This document shows, piece by piece, positions 11,458 to 24,000 of a DNA stretch of 64,000 nt. The stretch is taken from NCBI GenBank assembly GCA_020137815.1, contig CM035350.1, positions 7,378,001-7,442,000 of the forward strand, written 5' to 3'. Made by a program: the position numbers and the translations under genes. The notes beneath the pieces were generated by a model. That model did no database searches and was not told the origin of the DNA. It saw only the letters and a program-made list of their open reading frames with translations. Source of the stretch: Hormiphora californensis (taxonomy: Eukaryota > Animalia > Ctenophora). How positions within the stretch are numbered: position 1 is the stretch's first letter; every line of letters starts with the position of its first letter.

Positions 11458-14400
11458 TGTCTACGCTGATCTCTAGGAGCGTAGATTATTATTCTATATC
11501 TTAGAGAGAGAGAGAGAGAAGGCATGATTGTAACTAGTGATACCTTTCAAAGGCTCCCCTGTTTCACTGAATTAGCAGAATCTTCCAATACAACAGAATC
11601 CCTGCTTCTTGTAAACAGCGACACACCCTGTATCAACACGTCATGTTAAACTGTTCCATTTCTATTTTGACTTCTTCCCTCCTCTAACATCTGTTGTTCA
11701 AGGCTTGATACCAATTGCCTCTATTGAGGTCCACCTTCTCCTAACCATCCCCCGTTGAACCCTAGCCACCCTTACTCGGTCATATCACCCCAACCTTCTT
11801 AGCTTAGGTGTTCTAACCACCCTATTCTAACTTATTAACCACCCTCTAACCACCCTCTAGGCTCTAACCACCCTCTTCTAACTTGTTAACAACCCTCTAA
11901 CAATCCCTTTATTCCCTAACCACTCTCCTCTAACTAACACCCTCTAACCACTCTCTTCTAACTTGTTAACAACCCTCTAACCACTCTCTTCTAACTTGTT
12001 AACCACCCTCTAACCACTCTCTTCTAACTTGTTAACCACCCTCTAACAACCCTCTTCTAACTTGTTAACAACCCTCTAACCACCCTCTTCTAACTTGTAA
12101 GCCACCCTCTAACCACCCCTTTATTCCCTAACCACTCTCCTCTAACTAACACCCTCTAACCACTCTCTTCTAACTTGTTAACCACCCTCTAACCACCCTC
12201 TTCTAACTTGTAAGCCACCCTCTAACCCCCCCCCCTTTATTCCCTAACCACTCTCCTCTACCTAACACCCTCTAACCACTCTCTTCTAACTTGTTAACAA
12301 CCCTCTAACCACTCTCTTCTAACTTGTTAACCACCCTCTAACCACCCTCTTCTAACTTGTTAACAACCCTCTAACCACCCTCTTCTAACTTGTTAACAAC
12401 CCTCTAACCACCCTCTTCTAACTTGTTAACCACCCTCTAACCACTCTTCTTATTACTTGTTAACAACCCTCTAACCACCCTCTTCTAACTTGTTAACCAC
12501 CCTCTAACCACCCTCTTCTAACTTGTTAACAACCCTCTAACCACCCTCTTCTAACTTGTTAACAACCCTCTAACCACCCTCTTCTAACTTGTTAACCACC
12601 CTCTAACCACCCTCTTCTAACTTGTTAACAACCCTCTAACCACCCTCTTCTAACTTGTTAACAACCCTCTAACCACTCTCTTCTAACTTGTTAACCACCC
12701 TCTAACCACCCTCTTCTAACTTGTTAACCACCCTCTAACCACCCTCTTCTAACTTGTTAACAACCCTCTAACCACCCTCTTCTAACTTGTTAACAACCCT
12801 CTAACCACCCTCTTCTAACTTGTAAGCCACCCTCTAACCACCCCTTTATTCCCTAACCACTCTCCTCTAACTAACACCCTCTAACCACTCTCTTCTAACT
12901 TGTTAACCACCCTCTAACCACCCTCTTCTAACTTGTAAGCCACCCTCTAACCCCCCCCCTTTATTCCCTAACCACTCTCCTCTAACTAACACCCTCTAAC
13001 CACTCTCTTCTAACTTGTTAACAACCCTCTAACCACTCTCTTCTAACTTGTTAACCACCCTCTAACCACCCTCTTCTAACTTGTTAACAACCCTCTAACC
13101 ACCCTCTTCTAACTTGTTAACAACCCTCTAACCACCCTCTTCTAACTTGTTAACCACCCTCTAACCACTCTTCTTATTACTTGTTAACAACCCTCTAACC
13201 ACCCTCTTCTAACTTGTTAACCACCCTCTAACCACCCTCTTCTAACTTGTTAACAACCCTCTAACCACCCTCTTCTAACTTGTTAACAACCCTCTAACCA
13301 CCCTCTTCTAACTTGTTAACCACCCTCTAACCACCCTCTTCTATTTTCTAACTTGTTAACCACCCTCTAACCACTCTCTTCTAACTAACACCCTCTAACC
13401 ACCCTCTTCTAACTTGTTAACCACCCTCTAACCACCCTCTTCTAACTTGTTAACCACCTTCTAACCACCCTCTTCTAACTTGTTAACCACCCTCTAACCA
13501 CCCTCTTCTAATTTGTTAACCACCCTCTAACCACCCTCTTTTAACTTGTTAACCACCCTCTAACCACCCTCTTCTAACTTGTTAACCACCCTCTAACCAC
13601 CCTCTTCTAACTTGTTAACCACCCTCTAACCACTCTCTTCTAACTTGTTAACAAACCTCTAACCACCCTCTTCTAACTTGTTAACCACCCTCTAACCACC
13701 CTCTTCTAACTTGTTAACAACCCTCTAACCACCCTCTTCTAACTTGTTAACAACCCTCTAACCACTCTCTTCTAACTTGTTAACCACCCTCTAACCACCC
13801 TCTTCTAACTTGTTAACCACCCTCTAACCACCCTCTTCTAACTTGTTAACAACCCTCTAACCACCCTCTTCTAACTTGTTAACAACCCTCTAACCACCCT
13901 CTTCTAACTTGTTAACCACCCTCTAACCACCCTCTTCTAACTTGTTAACAACCCTCTAACCACTCTCTTCTAACTTGTTAACCACCCTCTAACCACCCTC
14001 TTCTAACTTGTTAACCACCCTCTAACCACCCTCTTCTAACTTGTTATCCACCCTCTAACCACTCTCTTCTAACTTGTTAACAACCCTCTTCTAACTTGTT
14101 AACCACCCTCTAACCACTCTCTTCTAACTTGTTAACCACCCTCTAACCACCCTCTTCTAACTTGTTAACCACCCTCTAACCACCCTCTTCTAACTTGTTA
14201 ACAACCCTCTAACCACCCTCTTCTAACTTGTTAACAATCCTCTAACCACCCTCTTCTAACTTGTTAACAACCCTCTAACCACCCTCTTCTAACTTGTTAA
14301 CCACCCTCTAACCACCCTCTTCTAACTTGTTAACAACCCTCTAACCACCCTCTTCTAACTTGTTAACCACCCTCTAACCACCCTCTTCTAACTTGTTAAC

Positions 14401-17400
14401 CACCCTCTAACCACCCTCTTCTAACTTGTTAACAACCCTCTAACCACTATCTTCTAACTTGTTAACAACCCTCTGTAGGTGTTCTGGGTGCAAAGCCCGG
14501 TGTCACAGAAGGTGCAGTGAACGAGTAACGACAAAGTGCACCCGAATCGAAGCTCCTAAAGCACCCAAACCAAAGGTAGGAATTAACTGGAATAAAAGAG
14601 TTTCCTAGTTTCCTAATAATAGGGAAGGTTTTGGTTTGAGTAAGTGACACCCAACTACCCCACACGCCTCTCAGCACAAACATTGTAATAACGAGAATTA
14701 TGACAAATACCGGGAAACAAATAAATCTGACTAATCTATATCAGGGTGTGAACTGCATGTCGTGTTTGCTAGTCGCGAGCGCGCTTGCGAGACAAGCAAA
14801 CACGTCAAGGTTCATTAACAAGCATGCTGCTCAGTCATTTTAGATTTAATACACAATGTAAGGATACCATGTAATAGGTGAGACTCTTGCCGTCACCCTC
14901 GTTCAAGTCCCGTGAAAAACGGAGCAGTACACGCAAACTGATGCCCATTTTCCTCGCGTGACCCCGATTCAGCAGTTTGAGACACCAACTCTTTAGAGGG
15001 CCATATCTCAGGAACCAAACAAGATAGGAAAAATCGCCGTCTAATGAGGCGTACAGTTTTTAATCTAGTTTACCACTGTACCGGCCGTTTCACTCTCCGA
15101 CCTAAAACAAAAATCGCAACCCCACAAAACTTCAAAATAATGAAATTCGCATCTCGCATGTCGTGTTGCATGTCGTGTTGCATGTCGTGTCATGTTATTG
15201 ACGCGCTCGCGTTCAACTCTCACACAGCAGCTGCAGAACATGGCAGGAAACATCGAGGAGTAGAGAGAGGGTCAGTGCCGAATCAAATATTTCTTGATCT
15301 TGATCTACTCCATCTCTCAGCTATCCTACCACTCATCAACTCGATCTCTCAGCTACCCTACCCCTCATCTACTCCATCTTTCAGCTACCCTACCCCTCAT
15401 CTACTCCATCTTTCAGCTACCCTACCCCTTATCTAGTCCATCTCTCAGCTACCCTACTCCTCATCTACTCCATCTCTCAGCTTCCCTATTAGGGAAGCAT
15501 AGAGATGGAAACGATTAGGGGTAGGGAATCCCTATCCATAATCGTTTCCATCTCTATGCTTCCCTAGCCCTCATCAACTCCATCTTTCAGCTACCCTACC
15601 CCTAATCTAGTCCATCTCTCCGCTATCCTACTCCTCATCTACTCCATCTCTCAGCTACCCTACCTCCCATTTACTCCATCTCTCAGCTACCCTACCTCCC
15701 ATTTACTCCATCTCTCAGCTTCCCTACCTCCCATTTACTCCATCTCTCAGCTTACCTACCTCCCATTTACTCCATATCTCAGCTTCCCTACCTGCCATTT
15801 ACTCCATCTCTCAGATACCCTACCTCCCATTTACTCCATCTCTCAGCTTACCTACCTCCCATTTACTCCATCTCTCAGCTTCCCTACCTCCCATTTACTC
15901 CATCCCTGCCTCCCATTCACTCCATCTCTCAGCTACCCTACCTCCCATTTACTCCATCTCTAAGTTTCCCTACCTCCCATTTAATAAATCTCTCAGCTTC
16001 CCTACCTCCCATTTACTCCATCCCTCAGCTTCCCTACCTCCCATTTACTCCATCTCTCAGCTTCCCTACCTCCCATTTACTCCATCTCTCAGCTACCCTA
16101 CCTCCCATTTACTTCATCTCTCAGCTTCCCTACCTCCCATTTACTCCATCTCTTACCTTCCCTACCTCTCATTTACTCCATCTCTCAGCTTCCGTACCCC
16201 TCATTTACTCCATCTCTCAGCTTCCCTACCTCCCATTTACTCCATCTCTCAGCTTCCTTACCTCCCATAAATACTCCATCTCTCAGCTTCCCTACATCCC
16301 ATTTACTCCATCTCTCAGCTTACCTACCTCCCATTTACTCCATATCTCAGCTTCCCTACCTGCCATTTACTCCATCTCTTAGATACCCTACCTCCCATTT
16401 ATTCCATCTCTCAGTTTACCTACCTCCCATTTACTCCATCTCTCAGCTTCCCTACCTCCCATTCACTCCATCTCTCAGCTTCCCTACCTCCCATTTACTC
16501 CATCTCTAAGCTACCCTACCTCCCATTTACTCCATTTCTCAGCTTCCCTACCTCTCATTTACTCCATCTCTCAGCTACCCTACCTCCCATTTACTCCATC
16601 TCTCAGCTACCCTACCTCCCATTTACTCCATCTCTCAGCTTACTTACCTCCCATTTACTCCATCTCTCAGCTACCCTACCTCCCATTTACTCCATCTCTC
16701 AGCTTACTTACCTCCCATTTACTCCATCTCTCAGCTTCCCTACCTCCCATTTACTCCATCCCTCAGCTTACTCCATCTCTCTCAGGGAACCTGAGAGATG
16801 AAGTAAACGGGAGGTAGGGTAGCTGAGAGATGGAGTAAATGGGAGGTAGGGAAGCTGAGAGATGGAGTAAATGGGAGGTAGGGAAGGTAAGCGATGGAGT
16901 AAATGGGAGGTAGGGAAGCTGAGAGATGGAGTAAATGGGAGGTAGGGAAGCTGAGAGATGGAGTATTTATGGGAGGTAAGGAAGCTGAGAGATGGAGTAA
17001 ATGGGAGGTAGGGAAGCTGAGAGATGGAGTAAATGAGGGGTACGGAAGCTGAGAGATGAAGTAAACGGGAGGTAGGGTAGCTGAGAGATGGAGTAAATGG
17101 GAGGTAGGGAAGCTGAGAGATGGAGTAAATGGGAGGTAGGGAAGGTAAGCGATGGAGTAAATGGGATGTAGGGAAGCTGAGAGATGGAGTAAATGGGAGG
17201 TAGGGAAGCTGAGAGATGGAGTAAATGAGGGGTACGGAAGCTGAGAGATGGAGTAAATGAGAGGTAGGGAAGGTAAGAGATGGAGTAAATGGGAGGTAGG
17301 GAAGCTGAGAGATGGAGTAAATGGGAGGTAGGGAAGGTAAGCGATGGAGTAAATGGGAGGTAGGGAAGCTGAGAGATGGAGTAAATGGGAGGTAGGGCAG

Positions 17401-20400
17401 CTGAGAGATGGAGTAAATGGGAGGTAGGGAAGCTGAGAGATGGAGTAAATGGGAGGTAGGGAAGCTGAGAGATGGAGTATTTATGGGAGGTAAGGAAGCT
17501 GAGAGATGGAGTAAATGGGAGGTAGGGAAGCTGAGAGATGGAGTAAATGAGGGGTACGGAAGCTGAGAGATGGAGTAAATGAGAGGTAGGGAAGGTAAGA
17601 GATGGAGTAAATGGGAGGTAGGGAAGCTGAGAGATGGAGTAAATGGGAGGTAGGGAAGGTAAGCGATGGAGTAAATGGGAGGTAGGGAAGCTGAGAGATG
17701 GAGTAAATGGGAGGTAGGGAAGCTGAGAGATGGAGTATTTATGGGAGGTAAGGAAGCTGAGAGATGGAGTAAATGGGAGGTAGGGAAGCTGAGAGATGGA
17801 GTAAATGAGGGGTACGGAAGCTGAGAGATGGAGTAAATGAGAGGTAGGGAAGGTAAGAGATGGAGTAAATGGGAGGTAGGGAAGCTGAGAGATGGAGTAA
17901 ATGGGAGGTAGGGAAGCTGATAGATGGAGTAAATGGGAGGTAGGGAAGCTGAGGGATGGAGTAAATGGGAGGTAGGGAAGCTGAGAGATTTATTAAATGG
18001 GAGGTAGGGAAACTTAGAGATGGAGTAAATGGGAGGTAGGGTAGCTGAGAGATGGAGTGAATGGGAGGTAGGGTAGCTGAGAGATGGAGTAAATGGGAGG
18101 CAGGGATGGAGTAAATGGGAGGTAGGGAAGCTGAGAAGTGAGAGATGGAGTAAATGGGAGGTAGGGAAGCTGAGAGATGGAGTGAATGGGAGGTAGGGTA
18201 TCTGAGAGATGGAGTAAATGGCAGGTAGGGAAGCTGAGATATGGAGTAAATGGGAGGTAGGTAAGCTGAGAGATGGAGTAAATGGGAGGTAGGGAAGCTG
18301 AGAGATGGAGTAAATGGGAGGTAGGGAAACTTAGAGATGGAGTAAATGGGAGGTAGGGTAGCTGAGAGATGGAGTGAATGGGAGGTAGGGTAGCTGAGAG
18401 ATGGAGTAAATGGGAGGCAGGGATGGAGTAAATGGGAGGTAGGGAAGCTGAGAAGTGAGAGATGGAGTAAATGGGAGGTAGGGAAGCTGAGAGATGGAGT
18501 GAATGGGAGGTAGGGAAGCTGAGAGATGGAGTAAATGGGAGGTAGGTAAGCTGAGAGATGGAGTAAATGGGAGGTAGGGTATCTGAGAGATGGAGTATGG
18601 CAGGTAGGGAAGCTGAGATATGGAGTAAATGGGAGGTAGGTAAGCTGAGAGATGGAGTAAATGGGAGGTAGGGAAGCTGAGAGATGGAGTAAATGGGAGG
18701 TAGGGTAGCTGAGAGATGGAGTAAATGGGAGGTAGGGTAGCTGAGAGATGGAGTAGATGAGAGTAGGTAGCGGAGATGGACTAGATTAGGGTAGGGTAGC
18801 TGAAAGATGGAGTTGATGAGGGCTAGGGAAGCATAGAGATGGAAACGATTATGGATAGGGATTCCCTACCCCTAATCGTTTCCATCTCTATGCTTCCCTA
18901 ATAGGGAAGCTGAGAGATGGAGTAGATGGGAGTAGGGTAGCTGAGAGATGGACTAGATAAGGGGTAGGGTAGCTGAAAGATGGAGTATGAGGGGTAGGTT
19001 AGCTGAAAGATGGAGTAGAGGGGTAGGGTAGCTGAGAGATCGAGTTGATGAGTGGTAGGATGCTGAGAGATGGAGTAGATCAAGATCAAGAAATATTTGA
19101 TTCGGCACCGACCCTCTCTCTACTCCTCGATGTTTCCCGCCATGTTCTGCAGCTGCTGTGTGAGAGTTGAACGCGAGCGCGTCAATAACATGACACGACA
19201 TGCAACACGACATGCAACACGACATGCGAGATGCGAATTTCATTATTTTGAAGTTTTGTGGGGTTGCGATTTTTGTTTTAGGGTCGGAGAGTGAAACGGC
19301 CGGTACAGTGGTAAACTAGATTAAAAACTGTACGCCTCATTAGACGGCGATTTTTCCTATCTTGTTTGGTTCCTGAGATATGGCCCTCTAAAGAGTTGGT
19401 GTCTCAAACTGCTGAATCGGGGTCACGCGAGGAAAATGGCATCATTTTGCGTGTACTGCTGTCTCTTTTTTCACGGGACTTGAACGAGGGTGACGGCAGA
19501 GTCTCCCTATTACATGGTATCCTTACATTGGTATTAAATCTAAATGACTGAGCAGCATGCTTGTTAATGAACCTTGACGTGTTTGCTTGTCTCGCAAGCG
19601 CGCTCGCGACTAGCAAACACGACATGCAGTTCACACCCTGTATATGTTACCCCACCCTTTTTCTTCTTTATAATCCCCGCCCTTTTTTAACCTCCGCCCT
19701 TTTTATTTAGGATCATCCCGGAGTTGTTAAAGCGTTAGGATTCGATTTCCTGAGACGAAAAGTGGGGGCCAACAAAATGCGATACGTTGATGACAAATAC
19801 GATCTTGACCTGAGGTAATGATTCAACTTAACTAATGAATTGTATCAACTGTTCTTCCAGCCTTAAAAAATTATTTTCCCTTTGACTTTGTGTGCACGTT
19901 CTATTGGCTCACTCATGATATGTACTGTACTAGACTGTGAAGTTGTTGCTGTAGTCCTAATAGCCGCCGCTCTCTACTTTTGACTTTTGATACTACCTTT
20001 GATACTACTTTCATTTTCTAACTAGCACATCTCAATCTCATGGTTTCGACAACTCCTCCATCGGGCATGTTCTGTTTTGACACGAGCAATATACGCAAAA
20101 TCCATGTGAATAAATCCTTGTTTTATTTTGGTAACTAATAAGTGAATATCAATAATTAGGTAGTTTGGGGAATATCATGTTTCTCTCTCGTTGGGCGCGG
20201 TTCTAGTTATTTTCTAACATGTCATCGATTGGTTAAGAAAGAGAGAGAGAGGGAGAGGAGAGAGAGACAGAGAGAGACAGAGAGAGAAAGCGGGTGGAGA
20301 TAGATAGAGAAAGAGAGAGAAAGACATAGACAGAGAGAAAGATGGAGAGAGAGAAAGAGAAAGACAGAGAGAAGCCAGAAATATAAAAGTAGGTGGAGCT

Positions 20401-20994
20401 AGCTTTTTCTCCTTGCTGACTGTCTGCGTCAGAGTTTACTCAGCTCAATAGTTCAAATATGATATCCAGCTTTGCTGATGCGTGTACCACCAAAAAGCAG
20501 GACAAGCTCCCTCTCCTTGGGTGCGGTAGGAAGGGGCGGCAAGTTGAGAGGAAGCAGTCGATATCACCACCACCTCTACCACCCCGTGTGGAGGCAGTAT
20601 CCCAATACACCGATCTTCCCACTATTCTCAGGTAGTATACGTTGTCTCTCAGTTTCAGATTATTTTGATTGTCTCACGCGACGCTTGTTTGCTTTTTCAA
20701 TTTTAACAACAAACAAAGGTGACTGCATATGGTCTCTTACTTGATGTTGATGTTTTGTATATCCGGTCCATCGGTTGTTATATTTCTTGATCGCTCGGTC
20801 GTCTGGTGCGAGTTTAACAGAGCCTATCCTGTACTCTATTTTGCTTCTGACCTTTATTTGTTGAAGATTTTCTTACCTAAAAGATGATAGAAATTATCAT
20901 TTCCTAGTGTTCTACTTTAGCATCCTAAGCTTATCCTAAAATCTTGTTCCGGCATTTGAGATAGATAGAGATAGGGAGATACTATCTAGATAGG

Positions 20995-21048
<54 letters not shown>

Positions 21049-24000
21049 CAGAGAGAGATAGACAGAGAGAGATAGAGAGAAAGACAGATAGGCTGATGCC
21101 AGAGATGAGAGAACGATAGTTTAGAGATAGATCGAGTACTTCATATAACAAGCACCTTGCCTCCTAGTGTGCACTACATTAATTAGATTTCTCTCTCTCT
21201 CTCTGCTCTCCGAAACCCGGCCACCCCGAGCTCACCTGACAGATGCCCCGTCTCAGCGCGAGGAGACAAGCAGGAGGCTCCTCTCGCCTCCTTCTAGGGA
21301 CATCTCTCACTCAGCGATACGGGAGGCGTTCACATTGAAAGGATGCAGCTCTCAATGAGGGCTGGATGATTGATCATAGGTAATGGCAGCTTTTCTGATG
21401 CAGAATGGTTGTGTTAGGTCGTGTCACTTCTCGTTTGTGTCGGATCTTCCTTCTTCTGTCTCTTCTTGTCTCTCTGTCTGTTTTACTTCTTCTCTCTTTT
21501 CTAGCCTCCTATCCGCCGAGTGACTATTCAAGGCCCAAATACCTCGCCACACCTACTACTAATCGCCTTTAGGTGCGAATATCTCCCTTCTCTCAGTTTT
21601 CTGCTTGTCTCAACTCCTGACCCGTACGTCCCTGCGATCCGCTAGTAAACACACCGAAGCCCCTAATATGTCAAGAACGGCGAGGGAGGCAGTGAGGATT
21701 ATCAATATGTTTTTGGTACTTTGCAGTTTGTCCTTCTCTAGAATGCACCAATTTGTTATTTTTAGGTCCGTCACTCATGTTTGTGCTGGACTCCTGTCTT
21801 TTGTCTCTTTTTTTCTTGTCTCTCTTTCTTGTCTGTTTTTCTCTGTCTCTCATTTTTCGTAGCCCCATATCCCCTCATATTGCATATTCTCACCCCTTTG
21901 ACCTTTCTTTCCCCCTCTAACCCCCTATCGCCCCTCTAACCCCTCCCATATCCTTGTCTAACTCCCCTGACCCCTCTAACGTCCTAAATCCACTCTAAAC
22001 CCCCTCTATCTACCCCCTATCGCCCTCTAACCCCCTCTAACCCCCATCTCCTTGTCTAACTCCCCATCTCCTTGTCTAACTCCCCTGACCCCTTTAACCC
22101 CCACTCTAACCCCCTCTTCTCTCTCCCAGTTACATCTCTCCTCGGATTATCGCCATGTCCTTCCCGGCCCAAGGCATGGAATCAGTCTACAGGAACCGCC
22201 TCCCCGATGTTGCCAGGCTCTTACAATCTAAACACGGGGACAAGTACCTGATTATTAACGTCAGTGATAGGAGCTACGATACCACGTTATTCAATGATCA
22301 GGTGAGATATACATTAATTGATTAAGTTAATTAAATGGGGTGAACTGGGATCTTGTTACTGTTGTTATGTGTAGTATCTGATATATATTGTCGATTAAAT
22401 GTTCCCCGAAACTAGATACTACTATTCAGTACTGCTGTATCACACATTATAATAACATAAATATAATAACATATATGTTAATTGCATTGCGTTAATCCTC
22501 GTACCACCTTGTACCACCTTGTTCCCCGTGTTTTACTCCATCATGTCTGGATTACATTGTCTAAGGAGGTGCGAGAGAGAGGTTGTACTACTTGCAGCTG
22601 GGTATGCACAATAGCTAGGCTCTCATATATATTTTAAGCCTGCTGACAGATCGCACTGAAACACTAGGCAGTAGGGAATCCTAAATTTATAACAGCTAGG
22701 AGGGAGAGGGAGAAGGTGGGAGATGAGGGTTTAATAGAGTTGACAGGTGCTGTTGACATTGTGTTCTCTTCCTCAGCTAATAGTAAACCTCTGGTAGAGT
22801 GTGATCCTCTATTATAGGAGAGCGTCTTAAATATAAATCGTCTTTTCTGGAGTTTCTTACACACACTTGAAAATAACAAACACACGGGTCACAGGCCGCT
22901 ATCATATTTCATATTTCGTCCTATTATATAGCCCCCCCCTCTCAGCTACCTACATGTGTGTGTGGGTGTGTGTGTGTGTAAAACAGCTGCTATTGTGATG
23001 TGGCCCAGTCCTGTTACTAGATGTGGTTGGTGGGAAGAATGGGGGGGGGGGTTAACAATTAATGGGAGTTTAATAACAATATTCAGTAAGTTAGGTCATT
23101 GTATCCTACTCAACCAGATAGGTGTGGTTCTCTGCATAGTAGTAGGGTGTGATTGTAGGTATATGGGAAGTTGTTGCATATGATCTCACTAAAACTAGAC
23201 AGAGAGTAGGGAAATGTCTATTATATACCACGTGCAGCTGATCTGTGTTGGGTGTGGTAGCTTGGGAGAGGTTTCATAGGTGTCTTCCTACTATTGGTTA
23301 CAAATCAGAACATTCCCGGTACACTGGATACGATATTGTAGCAGAAGTGGGTATTGTAAGAGATAGGGAGAAGATGAATCCCGACCGAGACGTGATATTT
23401 TAGATTTTAAGTGGGTTTATTTTTCATATCCTGAATCACAATTTTTCTCGATAAACTCCCCTCCCTAAGTCAGGGAGGGGAGTTGATCGAATAAAAAGTG
23501 ATTCAGGATATGAAAAATAGACCCACTAGGGACCCTAACCCCACCTTCCTAAATCCTAATCCCTCCTTCCTAACCCCTGCCTCCCCTCCCCCAGGTGGTA
23601 GAGTTTGGTTGGCCGGACCACCACGCACCCCTTATGAACACACTGTGTTGCATCGTGAAAACTATGGACAGCTGGCTCAGACAGGTAATGTTAACACAAT
23701 ATGTTAACCCCATGTTAACACATGTTAACCCCATGTTAACATGGCAGTTCTACACAGTAACACATGAACATAACATTACATGAGCATTGGGCAGCAGTTG
23801 TCACCTGATATTATAACTAGAAGGATGACAGACAAACATATAATAGACATACAGACAGACCACTACTGAGAAATTTGTCGAAAATTTACCGTGTCAAACA
23901 TTGACTCCCGACTTTTACAAAGAGTAGGTAGCTGCTGTAGAGATAAGTGTTACAAGCAGAGGGAGATGGAGGAAGTTGCCGTTGTAGGGAGAGAGCGAGT

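Noticed and set aside
11800-14474. CRISPR array or telomeric array
   Set aside because: The tandem units are contiguous with no unique spacers, there are no cas genes, and the context is eukaryotic. The unit is a 33-mer rather than (TTAGGG)n.
15044-19634. Mirror-image ORFs (MSCCMSCC..., 130 aa and 96 aa) as a foldback transposase
   Set aside because: They are short, repeat-derived, not frame-conserved between arms, and have no DDE or HTH motifs.
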